Shown: positions 28,828 through 38,921 of the stretch, one piece after another | Numbering within the stretch: position 1 is the stretch's first letter | How the letters are laid out: every line of letters starts with the position of its first letter | DNA from: Candidatus Oxydemutatoraceae bacterium | Lineage (GTDB): Bacteria > Pseudomonadota > Gammaproteobacteria > Poriferisulfidales > Oxydemutatoraceae | Direction: 5' to 3' | NCBI GenBank assembly: GCA_965219575.1 | Contig: OZ244779.1 | Location: 1,800,352 to 1,864,351, forward strand | Length of the DNA stretch: 64,000 nucleotides | Made by a program: the position numbers and the translations under genes | Notes under the pieces: generated by a model | The model's input: the letters and a program-made list of their open reading frames with translations, nothing else | What the model was told of the DNA's origin: nothing | Database searches by the model: none

Positions 28828-30135
28828 ATGAAAGATAAGAACGTTGACTTAAAAGACCACCGATCGAATAAAGAAATAGAACTTCCTATTATGGATGCGA
28901 CGAGTGGTGCGGATATTATCGATATCCGTTCTATCTATCAGCAGTTGGGCTATTTCACTTTTGACCCGGGTTTCGTTTCAACCGCAAGTTGTGAGAGCAA
29001 GATCACTTATATAGACGGCGATGCCGGGCTACTCTATTATCGCGGTTATCCGATAGAACAGCTGGCGGAAAAAAGTAATTATTCCGAGGTGTGTTATTTA
29101 CTTTTATACGGTGAATTGCCGAGTACCGATCGGTTGCGAAGTTTTAACGCAAGTCTGACCGAACACGCAAACTTGGACATGGAAAAAATAACCGCACTAC
29201 TCGACGGTTTTGACAGGCACGGACATCCGATGGCGATGTTGATGGCAGCACTCTGCCACCTCGCTGCGATGTATCACGACGAATTAGCGATTCATGACGA
29301 AACATACCGAGAGCAATCCGCTCACCGTTTAATTGCCAAAGTGCCGGCGATTGCTGCGTGCATACTTCGTTATAAACAAGGCAAGACATTCAAAAAACCG
29401 AATAAAGATTTAGCTTATATCGAAAGATTCTTGGATATGGTGTTCGACGATTTCAATCTACAATCGCCGTTATATCAAAAATACGCAGCGGCGATGGACC
29501 TGATATTATTGCTACATGCAGACCACGAGCAAAATGCTTCTACTTCGACGGTACGCTTGAGCGGTAGTACGGAAACAAATCCTTATGCAGCCTTGGTGGC
29601 AGGCATCGCTTCGTTGTGGGGACCGGCACACGGCGGGGCCAACGAGGCGGTGATAGACATGCTGGAGAATATAGTCGAATCGGGACAGCCGTTGCAATCT
29701 TATATCGATAGAGCCAAAGATAAAAACAGTCATTTTCGGCTAATGGGCTTCGGGCATCGTATCTATAAAAATTACGACCCGCGTGCAAAAATTATAAGTA
29801 CTATCTGTCACGAGTTGCTATCCGAACTCAACAATGACTATACCGACAAACCGCTGCTAGACACCGCCAAAGAACTAGAAAACATCGCACTAAAAGACGA
29901 CTATTTCATCTCGCGCAAACTTTATCCGAATGTAGATTTTTATTCCGGAATCATCCTCAATGCGATGGGCTTGCCGCGCGATATGTACACCGTCATCTTC
30001 GCCCTCGCCCGCACTATCGGTTGGGTTAGCCACTGGAATGAAATGCTCGGCGATCCGCTGACTCGCATCGGCAGACCGAGACAGCTTTATACCGGCCATA
30101 CGCGCAGAGATTATATCGCTGTATCCGACAGATAA
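28828..30135 (+). CDS. gltA: Citrate synthase (type II)
   Basis: FDPGFVSTASCESKITYIDGD and GFGHRIYKNYDPRA are signature motifs. Confidence 0.9.
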   Translation: MKDKNVDLKDHRSNKEIELPIMDATSGADIIDIRSIYQQLGYFTFDPGFVSTASCESKITYIDGDAGLLYYRGYPIEQLAEKSNYSEVCYLLLYGELPSTDRLRSFNASLTEHANLDMEKITALLDGFDRHGHPMAMLMAALCHLAAMYHDELAIHDETYREQSAHRLIAKVPAIAACILRYKQGKTFKKPNKDLAYIERFLDMVFDDFNLQSPLYQKYAAAMDLILLLHADHEQNASTSTVRLSGSTETNPYAALVAGIASLWGPAHGGANEAVIDMLENIVESGQPLQSYIDRAKDKNSHFRLMGFGHRIYKNYDPRAKIISTICHELLSELNNDYTDKPLLDTAKELENIALKDDYFISRKLYPNVDFYSGIILNAMGLPRDMYTVIFALARTIGWVSHWNEMLGDPLTRIGRPRQLYTGHTRRDYIAVSDR

Positions 30136-30139
30136 CGAC

Positions 30140-30850
30140 AACCACCGATTGAGCTTGTAGGGGCGGACTTATATGTCCGCCCGAACACGCGTCGTGTTAG
30201 CATAAATAAAATCGTACGCCATCCAATTCATGAAACCAAAACCATCCCGGCGTAAGCGGTTGAGCTTGTGCAGAACGGTATCGTTTTGGGCAGACACACA
30301 GGTCTGCCCCTACGACTCGGTGGTTATCGTAAATTCAATGGCGCAAGCGGTTGGATTTTTGCGATGCCAATACTTTTTCAACAGCCCCACATAAGACTGT
30401 TGAAAAAGTATTTTCATAGAGTGGTAGGGGCGGACTTATATGTCCGCCCGAAACGTATCATGTTTGCGCGATTAACGCGTTCACCCATTAATATTATGGA
30501 AACCATTATTTGTTGGCGCAGGTGGTTGGTGTCGTGCAGAACAGCACTTAAGGGCAGACATCAGAGTTGCCGATTGACCTACCGGCTCAATCGGCGGCTT
30601 TATACTGCCCCTACAACTCAGTGGTTATCGTAAATTTAATGGCGCAAGCGGTTGGATTTTTGCGATGCCAATACTTTTTCAACAGCACCATCGTATCTGC
30701 GCTGTTTTATACATTCATCCATCCAATTTATGGAAACCATAATCGGGTGGCGCAAAGCAGCTGGTGTTGCGCGTAACAGTACTTAAGGGTAGACATCAGA
30801 ATTGCCGATTGACCTACCGACTCAATCGGCGGTTTTATCCTGCCTCTACG
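30140..30850. repeat. Large mosaic intergenic repeat array. It holds multiple copies of modules A, B, C and D.
   Basis: gtaggggcggacttatatgtccgccc occurs twice. The ccgattgacctaccggctcaatcgg palindrome occurs twice. The catccaat...gcgcaagcggtt module occurs about four times. The tactttttcaacagcccc / ctgttgaaaaagta inverted pair is also present. Confidence 0.8.
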
Positions 30851-31936
30851 CTAGGTAAACACATTATTCTTGCAAAGATATTCGCTCATTCTCGCTTGAC
30901 ATTCTGCTAACCGCTTTCTTGAGAGCTCACAGTAAGTGGAATCTATATCAATACCTAGATAATGGCAATCCTCTTCCATAGCGGCAATAGCCGTTGTGCC
31001 GCTCCCGCTATACGGGTCCAGAACGATGCCGTTCTTCGGTGAAAGCAGTTTTATAATTTCTTTGATAATTGAAAGAGGAAATATAGCACTGTGTTTATTT
31101 CCGGGAATTGATTCAACCGACGAAATAATCACATCCTTTTTCATTTTCTTTCCATGTATTTTAATAATAGTGTAACCGTTCTTCTCGATCTGGCTTTTAC
31201 GCCCCCCTTCTTGCCCTCCGAAAGCCTCTGCGTGTATTCCGCGAATCTTCATACGAAATCCCTCTATTTTAGATTCTTTTACTTCTTCAGTAACCTCGTC
31301 GAGAGATTTATGCGCTTTTCTTTTCAGCTCCGAAGATAAATCCGAATTTTCAATCAATGTCCTATATCTTTCTCCTAATCTATTTGAAGGCTTATGCCGT
31401 TTTCTTTCGTCTACCTCGTTAAAAAATTTATCGGGGTTGTAATAATATTTTGTACCTTTTACAAAATGAAAAAATGGTTCCGTGCTACTTACCAGACGCC
31501 GCCCGAATTGCCTCGGTGTGGGGTTTCTCTTTACCCAAGTTATTTCATTGACAAGCTTCACACTATGGTCATTAGTTGCTTTTATGGCAAATCTATACGG
31601 CACAAGTAAAAGCGAACCATTCAGATATTTATCACCGATGTTATAAACGATATTTCCCGAAGGTTTTACTACTCTGACAATTTCCGAAAATACTTCAAGT
31701 AGAGAGTCAATATAAGACTCAACCGTTTTTTCGTGACCGGTCCCGATTCCCATTCCGTTATAATTTCGTTGCATATAGTACGGTGGGGATGTCACCACTA
31801 AATCAATACTATTATCCGGTAACTGCTTCAGCAAAAAAGCGGCATCTCCACACTGTATTGAATCTATTAGGCAATTCATCCGGCTTTTATGTGAAAGACC
31901 CTTTTGGGATTTTTCTAATTCTATAAAAGAACTCAT
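30851..31936 (-). CDS. Beta-class amino-DNA methyltransferase (N6-adenine or N4-cytosine). It appears to be an orphan.
   Basis: Motif IV VTSPPYY lies near the N-terminus. Motif I VLDPYSGSGTT lies near the C-terminus. GC content is low. No restriction endonuclease ORF is adjacent. Confidence 0.8.
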   Translation of the reverse strand: MSSFIELEKSQKGLSHKSRMNCLIDSIQCGDAAFLLKQLPDNSIDLVVTSPPYYMQRNYNGMGIGTGHEKTVESYIDSLLEVFSEIVRVVKPSGNIVYNIGDKYLNGSLLLVPYRFAIKATNDHSVKLVNEITWVKRNPTPRQFGRRLVSSTEPFFHFVKGTKYYYNPDKFFNEVDERKRHKPSNRLGERYRTLIENSDLSSELKRKAHKSLDEVTEEVKESKIEGFRMKIRGIHAEAFGGQEGGRKSQIEKNGYTIIKIHGKKMKKDVIISSVESIPGNKHSAIFPLSIIKEIIKLLSPKNGIVLDPYSGSGTTAIAAMEEDCHYLGIDIDSTYCELSRKRLAECQARMSEYLCKNNVFT

Positions 31937-32004
31937 GTCTCACCCTTGTTGGATATATTTATCCATCGTTTCTTTACCATGTTTATAAGTTTCAATAATT
32001 TAGA

Positions 32005-32160
32005 CACCATTTTCTCCCATTGATTAAAAATTGTAAATAGTTCTTGTGCACACAATCTCGCAATATTAGCCGATATCAAAGCCCAAGAATTCATTATCCG
32101 ATGAACGGTTGTATTTGAGTATATAAAAGGTGCTCGACGGTTGGATTATGCAGTAATACG
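32005..32160 (-). promoter_or_regulatory. Upstream element E, copy A. It lies 5' of the methyltransferase gene.
   Basis: About 85% identical over about 145 nt to 53495-53640. It contains a gtgcac-centred palindrome. Confidence 0.5.
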
Positions 32161-32164
32161 CTAT

Positions 32165-32235
32165 GCGACTGTTGAACCACAAAACCGCCGATTGAGCCAG
32201 TAGGTCAATCGGTGTCACATTGTGCAGAACCTTAG
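32165..32235. repeat. Module-A REP-like palindrome plus the cattgtgcagaacc tail
   Basis: aaaaccgccgattgagccagtaggtcaatcggtgtcacattgtgcagaacc. Confidence 0.75.
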
Positions 32236-32408
32236 TACCAATGTGTGGGACGGACAAGCTAGGGCTTGTCCTCACAGGTATAGAGCGGTAGAGGTTTGCA
32301 TATCCGACACTGTACATGACGCAATGATTGTTTAATTTATCGTTGCACTTAATTTTAAGTTAAAGTATATAATTGCATGCACACAAAGAGAGCTAAAAAT
32401 CTGTTCAA

Positions 32409-35240
32409 ATGAGAAAGCAACTGAAAATAACAATCTCGGCACTATGTTTAGTCATTTTTACAATAGCAGAAACCAATGCTTTTATGATGACAAACTCTTA
32501 TCCATCTAGCAAAACATTAGCTGCGCAGTCGGTAAATAATACCGGAATGAATACCTACGAGGCTATAATGCTTCAACAGGTACAGCAAAATTTCAATCCT
32601 GTAGGGATTTGGCAACTTACAGCAGCCGAAGCTACAGGATTTCAATGTTCCGTTGATGTTGATATCGATATTAATGATCTTCTTGACTTTTCTCAAGTAA
32701 ACACAGAGCTTGATGCTGTGGTGACATCTAATAGATTAAGTATTGTAAATAGACAAACATCAGCAGTATATACGGAAATCCGCAGACATCCGCCCAATCG
32801 ATATATACTCGAAAACAGGGGAAGCTTCTCTCAATTTGTGAATGGCCTCTTAGTTCGAGTGGTAGGAAGGGATGCAGTAGACCTTACTCTTATCTCTGAT
32901 GAGGAAGTAGTAGGAACAGGTGTTGTAACCGCAACCGTAACTGCAGAAGCGATAAACTTTGAAGTTCGTTGCTCTGCTACTTACACGATAGCGGCAAAAA
33001 AAATTAGTTCCCCCCGTTTATCTAAGCTTTCTTTATCTACGGGAACACTGCATCCGAACTTTGACGGCACAGTCTTTAGGTATTTTGCAGCCGTTCCCAA
33101 TAATACTCGACAAATTACGCTGAGATTGAATGCCGAGGAGAGTAACAACACGATCACCGTCAACGGCAATCGGATAACCGGAACTGCAACTATTCCCCTA
33201 GGTTCTAATACCGATACGATTACCGTAGGTATACGGACGGCAGACGGTAATAGAACAAATACTTACATCGTTGATATCATACGGCTTGCACAACGAAATT
33301 TTAATCCCGTAGGAACTTGGGAAACCACTGCGAGAGAAAATATAAACCTTCAATGTCCCTTGCTTCCCAATTTAAGTTTAAGCCGTGACGATTTTGACCC
33401 GATAGGCAGAGAGTACGATATAGTCATGACATCGGGCGGGTTAAACCTCATAGATAGAGTGGATTCGGAAACGTCTACCGAAATTGGCAGAAATATACCG
33501 AATCGTTATAGCTTGCAATACATTGAGAGAGAGTCTATATCCGAACAAGGTGTCACATTGACAATAGAAGGAACGAGCACTCTAGATTTTATCCTGATCT
33601 CCGATGAGGAAGCGATAGTTGCGGTTGTCAGGGACATAAAAGTGACGAGCCTCGAAAATATTCCCTGCCTTACATCGTATACGGTAAGCGCAAAAAAAGC
33701 CGCAATATCTACTGCTATCCTAAAAGATATTTCATTATCGGCAAGCACGCTTAACTCAATCTTCACCGGCTTAGTCAGGAATTATTCTGCAACCGTTGAC
33801 AGTGGTGTCGGCCAACTTGGGATAACGATTGAAACTTCCCATATAAATCAATCGGTCACGATAAACGGTACCACACTATCCAGAGGCTTAAATCGTAGTC
33901 AATTGATAAGTAGTACGGTACCGCTAAGCGTGGGTAACAATACGATCGTTATAGGAGTGACATCGGCGGACGGCATATTGACATCAAGCTACACTTTGCA
34001 AGTTATCCGTCGAAGCCCTGCTTTGATCGGATTGTCTTTATCTCCCGGAACGCTCAACCCCGGCTTTAGTAGAGAGAGATTAAGATATGCAGCAACCGTA
34101 GAGAGTGATATAGAACGAATTACACTAACTCCTACAGCCGATAGTGCCGGACATAGGGTCATCATTACCGCCAACGGAAGATCTATAAACGGAAATTCAG
34201 TTCCTTTGAATGTAGGAGACAATACCATAGCTATCTCGGTCACTACGCGAGACAGTCAAGCAACGACAAGATACACCTTAACTGTAAGGCGATTAGAACC
34301 CTGCTTGACCGACCTCTTCTTATCATCGGGATCACTCAGCCCAACCTTCGGTAATCCCAGTCAATGCAGTAATGCAGCGATACGATATGCGGCAACCGTA
34401 GAGAGTGATATAGAACGAATCACATTAACCCCTACAGCCAATAGTGCCACACATACAATCGCCATTACTGCCAACGGAAATTCTATAACCGGAAATACAG
34501 TTCCTCTGAATGTGGGAGACAATACTATAGCTATTTCAGTCACTACGCGAGACAGTCGAGCAACGACAAGATATGTCGTAACTGTAAGGCGATTAGAGCC
34601 CTGCTTGACCGACCTCTCTCTATCGTCGGGATCACTCAGCCCGACCTTCATAACATGCTCGGATGAAACGGTAAATTACCGAGCAATCGTGAGAAACAAT
34701 GTAAGCCAAATTGAAATAACGGCTACGGCAAATAGTATCGCACATACGATTACTTTCAACAGTAATCAAAATAGTACGGTACCGCTAAGCGTAGGCGACA
34801 ATACGATTACCGTATCGGTAACAACGGCAGACGGTATGGCTAGAAAAGATTACAACTTAGTTATAAGACGTTTAAGTACGGCAACTTTAACCGGACTAAC
34901 AGTGGAAGTAAATTCGCAAATGCTAGAACTAAACCCTAACTTCAGCCTTATCAACTTAGACTACAGAATAAATGTAGAAAATACTATGACCCTTGTTACT
35001 ATACAACCTACGGCCTCGGCCGGTCGCATCATCAGGGTACGCTATACACCGGACGATGGCACCGCAATTGACCGTCTCGTCTCGAGTGGCGATACGGTTA
35101 CCATAACGCCATTGTTCTATGGTAAGAATAATGTCTACATCGATGTTATGCACAACGGTGCTATGGAGAGATATTCACTAGCCGTGATTATAGGTGTTAT
35201 TCTGCGTATAAAATTATTTTTAGAAGGTGCCTTGCAATAA
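32409..35240 (+). CDS. Secreted 943-aa protein with a signal peptide. It has a duplicated N-terminal module and six or more cadherin-like beta-sandwich domains. It ends with the C-terminal motif RIKLFLEGALQ.
   Basis: MRKQLKITISALCLVIFTIAETNA is a signal peptide. Repeated units of the form LSxLSLSxGTLxPxF...RYxA.V...I.VGDNTI.I.VT..DG...YTL.V.R are present. Two of the units are near-identical. Confidence 0.8.
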   Translation: MRKQLKITISALCLVIFTIAETNAFMMTNSYPSSKTLAAQSVNNTGMNTYEAIMLQQVQQNFNPVGIWQLTAAEATGFQCSVDVDIDINDLLDFSQVNTELDAVVTSNRLSIVNRQTSAVYTEIRRHPPNRYILENRGSFSQFVNGLLVRVVGRDAVDLTLISDEEVVGTGVVTATVTAEAINFEVRCSATYTIAAKKISSPRLSKLSLSTGTLHPNFDGTVFRYFAAVPNNTRQITLRLNAEESNNTITVNGNRITGTATIPLGSNTDTITVGIRTADGNRTNTYIVDIIRLAQRNFNPVGTWETTARENINLQCPLLPNLSLSRDDFDPIGREYDIVMTSGGLNLIDRVDSETSTEIGRNIPNRYSLQYIERESISEQGVTLTIEGTSTLDFILISDEEAIVAVVRDIKVTSLENIPCLTSYTVSAKKAAISTAILKDISLSASTLNSIFTGLVRNYSATVDSGVGQLGITIETSHINQSVTINGTTLSRGLNRSQLISSTVPLSVGNNTIVIGVTSADGILTSSYTLQVIRRSPALIGLSLSPGTLNPGFSRERLRYAATVESDIERITLTPTADSAGHRVIITANGRSINGNSVPLNVGDNTIAISVTTRDSQATTRYTLTVRRLEPCLTDLFLSSGSLSPTFGNPSQCSNAAIRYAATVESDIERITLTPTANSATHTIAITANGNSITGNTVPLNVGDNTIAISVTTRDSRATTRYVVTVRRLEPCLTDLSLSSGSLSPTFITCSDETVNYRAIVRNNVSQIEITATANSIAHTITFNSNQNSTVPLSVGDNTITVSVTTADGMARKDYNLVIRRLSTATLTGLTVEVNSQMLELNPNFSLINLDYRINVENTMTLVTIQPTASAGRIIRVRYTPDDGTAIDRLVSSGDTVTITPLFYGKNNVYIDVMHNGAMERYSLAVIIGVILRIKLFLEGALQ

Positions 35241-35351
35241 TTCGGGTTGACACTTTTCACGATCAGCACAAACATATGAACAGTTTTCCTTAACAATATC
35301 CAAATATAGAATCAGATTGCATATTTGTCCAAAATCGGATAGGATAAAAGT

Positions 35352-36515
35352 ATGAAGTATATTCCTCGAATCCTCTTAAAATCCCTTAAATCAATGTCTA
35401 AACAGTACCCTGTTGTAGCTGTGCTAGGTCCCAGACAGTCCGGAAAAACAACAATAACCCAAAAAGCCTTTCCTTCAAAACATTATATTTCTTTAGAGGA
35501 CTTAGACAACAGACAGTTTGCGCAACAAGATCCTAGAGGTTTCTTGGATAGCTATAAAAAAGGAGCTATTATTGATGAAGCCCAAAGATGCCCCGATTTG
35601 CTCTCCTATATTCAAACACATGTTGATCAAAACAAAAAAAAAGGACAATTTATTATCACCGGCTCTAATCAATTCTTACTAGAAGAAAAAATCACTCAAT
35701 CTCTAGCCGGACGGGTTTCCTTATTAAGGCTTCTTCCCTTATCCCTTCAGGAGCTAAAACAAGCTAAAAAAACAACTCCCTTAAACAAAATGATTTTTAA
35801 GGGATTTTACCCTCAACTCCATGTAGAAAATATTGAAATCGGTTCATTTTTTAATAATTACATAGAAACCTATGTAAGCAAGGATGTCCGCTTGATAAAA
35901 AATATAAGCAATTTATCTTCGTTTAACACTTTTATTAAACTATGCGCTAACCGAGCCGGACAACTGCTTAACTTGCAGTCTTTAGCAAACGACTGTGGCA
36001 TCACCCAAAATACGGTCAAGTCATGGATTTCTATTCTAGAGAGTAGCTTTATCTTAAAAAGAATATACCCCTATTATAAAAACTTTAATAAAAGGCTCGT
36101 AAAATCTCCAAAGATATACTTTTATGACACCGGTTTGCTTTGCCGATTATTATCTGTCAAAAAAGCGCAGGATCTAGCTTTTCATGCTCTAAAAGGTTTT
36201 ATTTTTGAAAACTTGATTTTCTCGGAGATAGAAAAATATTTTTTTAATCAAGGACAGAAAGCTCCACTTTATTTTTGGAGAGATAAAACAGGTCATGAAA
36301 TTGATTTTTTAATTGACAGTGACCATTTAAAGATAATAGAGGTTAAATCCGCTCAAACTTTTTCAACGGATTTCTTAAAGAACATCACTTATTTTTCTAA
36401 AATCAATCCAACTAAAAAAAGAAACTACTTAATTTATGCCGGAAAAGAAAAGCAAATTAGAGGCGATTGCTCTATTTTGCCTTGCTGGGACATCGATAAA
36501 ATTTTAGGTACTTAA
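35352..36515 (+). CDS. AAA-family ATPase with a C-terminal DUF4143 domain
   Basis: The Walker A reads VLGPRQSGKTT and the Walker B reads IIDEAQ. The C-terminal region is DUF4143-like. The gene is AT-rich. Confidence 0.75.
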   Translation: MKYIPRILLKSLKSMSKQYPVVAVLGPRQSGKTTITQKAFPSKHYISLEDLDNRQFAQQDPRGFLDSYKKGAIIDEAQRCPDLLSYIQTHVDQNKKKGQFIITGSNQFLLEEKITQSLAGRVSLLRLLPLSLQELKQAKKTTPLNKMIFKGFYPQLHVENIEIGSFFNNYIETYVSKDVRLIKNISNLSSFNTFIKLCANRAGQLLNLQSLANDCGITQNTVKSWISILESSFILKRIYPYYKNFNKRLVKSPKIYFYDTGLLCRLLSVKKAQDLAFHALKGFIFENLIFSEIEKYFFNQGQKAPLYFWRDKTGHEIDFLIDSDHLKIIEVKSAQTFSTDFLKNITYFSKINPTKKRNYLIYAGKEKQIRGDCSILPCWDIDKILGT

Positions 36516-36519
36516 GGCT

Positions 36520-36800
36520 GTTGAAAAAGTGCGGGCATCGCACATTAGAACCGCCGATTGAGCCGGTAGGTCAACCGGCAATTCTGATGTCTATCCTTAA
36601 GTACCGTCATGCGCAATACCAGCCGCCCTGTGCCAACAAATTATGGTTTCCATAGATTAAATGGATGAATGTGTAAATCGTGCAGGCGCAACGCGTTACG
36701 GGCAGAACAGAGCCGCCGATTGAGCCAGTAGGTCAATCGGCAATTTTGATGTCCGCCCCTACCACTCTATGAAATACTTTTTCAACAGCCCCGCGACACG
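36520..36800. repeat. Mosaic intergenic repeat array (modules D, A, C, A, B, D)
   Basis: ggctgttgaaaaagtgcgggcatcgcac. ccgccgattgagccggtaggtcaaccggcaat occurs twice. A C module is present. Confidence 0.8.
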
Positions 36801-36913
36801 ACCACCCCGTCAGGCTGCACCGACATTATATTGGGGGAGGATCAATTTCGTAGTTTATATCGTGGTTTTTGCATGTTTAGAAAAGCATGTCAGCCCTCTT
36901 TACAGGATTACGA

Positions 36914-38053
36914 TTATAGTTTGATGCCGTCGAAAAAGTCTTTGATTACCGGCGCAAATTGATCAGCATCCACGAGAAAAGAATCGTGCCCGTAGTTTGA
37001 ATCCAATTCAACCAAGTCTACCGACTTACCGGCTTTTTGAAGTCCTTCGGCGATTTCACGCTGCTGTTCGAAAGGAAATAATATATCGGTGTCGACACCG
37101 ATAACCAAAGAATGCTTGGCGTGTACGTGTGCAAGTCCGGCATTGACCGAACCGCCGTGCTCGGCAACATCGAATAAGTCCATTGCGCGCGATAAATAGA
37201 GGTAGCAGTTTGCGTCAAACTGGGAAACAAATTTTCGGGCGTTGTAATCCAAATAAGATTCTATTTCAAACTCTAGACCGAATGGCTCAAGCGAACGTCG
37301 CTTGGCCGAGACTCTGGCTCGGTTAAAACGGTAGCGCCATTCGGAAGCCGAACGATACGACATTAAGCCTAGTTTCCTCGCCAGTACCATCCCGCAACTA
37401 GGTTCGTCATCGATAGGATAATGTCCATCGTTCCAGTTCGGGTCGCAGCGTATGATTTCTCGCTGCAAAGAACGCACCGCAATGGTAAAAGGCAATGCCC
37501 TGGTTGCAGCAGAAATGCAAACAAAGTAGTCCAACTCTTGCGGATACTGCAACGCATAAGCCAAGGCACTCATCCCACCCATAGAAGCACCGACTACTGC
37601 GAGCAAATGATCTATGCCCAGATCGTTCAGCGCATGGTGCGCGGATTTCGCAATATCCTCTATACTCAGTTCGGGAAAATCGATACCGTATGCTTTACCG
37701 GTTCGTGGATCGACCGATCGGGGTGATGTGGAACCGTAACAACTCCCTAATGAATTGACGCAAATTACATAAAAATGATCGGTATCTATGGGTTTGTTCG
37801 AACCTACCATATACTCCCACCACCCGACGGATGTATCTTCGGGCGACGAACAGGCGTGCGCAGTAGGCGATAAACCGGTGAACAGCAATACGACATTGTC
37901 GTGGTTGGGTGACAATTGACCCCATGCTTCGTACGCGATTTGTACCTCGGGCAATCGTCCGCCTCGGTACATTAAAAAGTCGCTGGTTCCGTAATCGCCG
38001 GACAATTTGATACACTTCGTCGCCGGAGGAATGTAGACTGCATTTTCTTCCAT
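36914..38053 (-). CDS. metX: Homoserine O-acyltransferase (MetX family alpha/beta hydrolase)
   Basis: GASMGGM nucleophile elbow. The overall pattern and the 379-aa length fit MetX. Confidence 0.85.
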   Translation of the reverse strand: MEENAVYIPPATKCIKLSGDYGTSDFLMYRGGRLPEVQIAYEAWGQLSPNHDNVVLLFTGLSPTAHACSSPEDTSVGWWEYMVGSNKPIDTDHFYVICVNSLGSCYGSTSPRSVDPRTGKAYGIDFPELSIEDIAKSAHHALNDLGIDHLLAVVGASMGGMSALAYALQYPQELDYFVCISAATRALPFTIAVRSLQREIIRCDPNWNDGHYPIDDEPSCGMVLARKLGLMSYRSASEWRYRFNRARVSAKRRSLEPFGLEFEIESYLDYNARKFVSQFDANCYLYLSRAMDLFDVAEHGGSVNAGLAHVHAKHSLVIGVDTDILFPFEQQREIAEGLQKAGKSVDLVELDSNYGHDSFLVDADQFAPVIKDFFDGIKL

Positions 38054-38102
38054 CGCTATTTACCCTTTACCTTAGCTTAAACGAGGTTTTTTAATATCGT
38101 CG

Positions 38103-38507
38103 CTAATTCCGCTTGCATGTTTTTATGGAGCTCACATAAACGATCGCAATCAAACCGACGCCTAGCATGGTCAACCTGCCGAGTTGTGTTTCCATAAATA
38201 GAAATGCAGATGTAGAGAATGCTATCGCCAATGTCAGGACAAACAAAATCTTATGCTTGAGCTCCAAGCATCTATCACGCTCCCATTTGAGTATCGCCGG
38301 CCCGACATGGCGATTCTCCACGAGCAGTTTGCGGAATCTAGGCGAAGTGCGCGCATAGCAAGCCGCTGCGACCACCAAAAAAGGAGAGGTCGGAACCACC
38401 GGTAGTATTAATGCGATCAATCCGAATAACAAAGAGAGATGCCCGACGAGCAAGATGAACCAACTTTTGAGCGAACGACTCTCCATCGTGGTTTGTAATT
38501 CGTTCAT
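38103..38507 (-). CDS. YbaN-like inner membrane protein (DUF454)
   Basis: LPVVPTSPFLVVAAACYARTSPRFRKLL is the typical DUF454 core. The ORF-track N-terminal extension overlaps cbiX, so the real start is probably at 38507 in an ATGA overlap. Confidence 0.7.
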   Translation of the reverse strand: MNELQTTMESRSLKSWFILLVGHLSLLFGLIALILPVVPTSPFLVVAAACYARTSPRFRKLLVENRHVGPAILKWERDRCLELKHKILFVLTLAIAFSTSAFLFMETQLGRLTMLGVGLIAIVYVSSIKTCKRN

Positions 38508-38869
38508 CGTTGTAGTGCGATGCGCTTCAGTAAATCTTCCATTTCGGGCTGCTTGCCGACGTAGTCGCATATCCGCATATCGATATGCGGATAGCGATTG
38601 CGTTGTTCCGCTACTATCCCGGGAATGTCGTCGGCGATATGTTTGCCTGCCGCTAAAAAATAAGGCAACAGAATTATCTCGTCGATGCCGTCGTCGGCAC
38701 ATCGTTGTATGCCGTCGGCTATCGAAGGCTCGGTAAGTTCTAAAAACACACAATCTATAAGATCGAAGTGCGCTCGTATCTTGCCTCTCAATCTATCGGT
38801 TAAATTGCGGATCTCGTCGTTTGAATATTGTCGGTTGCTACCGTGTGCAATAAGTAAAAGTGCTTTCAT
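38504..38869 (-). CDS. cbiX: Sirohydrochlorin chelatase of the CbiX family (short form)
   Basis: MKALLLIAHGS...LLPYFLAAGKHIADDIP. Length 121 aa. Confidence 0.8.
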   Translation of the reverse strand: MKALLLIAHGSNRQYSNDEIRNLTDRLRGKIRAHFDLIDCVFLELTEPSIADGIQRCADDGIDEIILLPYFLAAGKHIADDIPGIVAEQRNRYPHIDMRICDYVGKQPEMEDLLKRIALQR

Positions 38870-38921
38870 GGTTCTTAGGATAATGATAAAATTGTTTTAT
38901 TATATTATACTCCTACAAACA

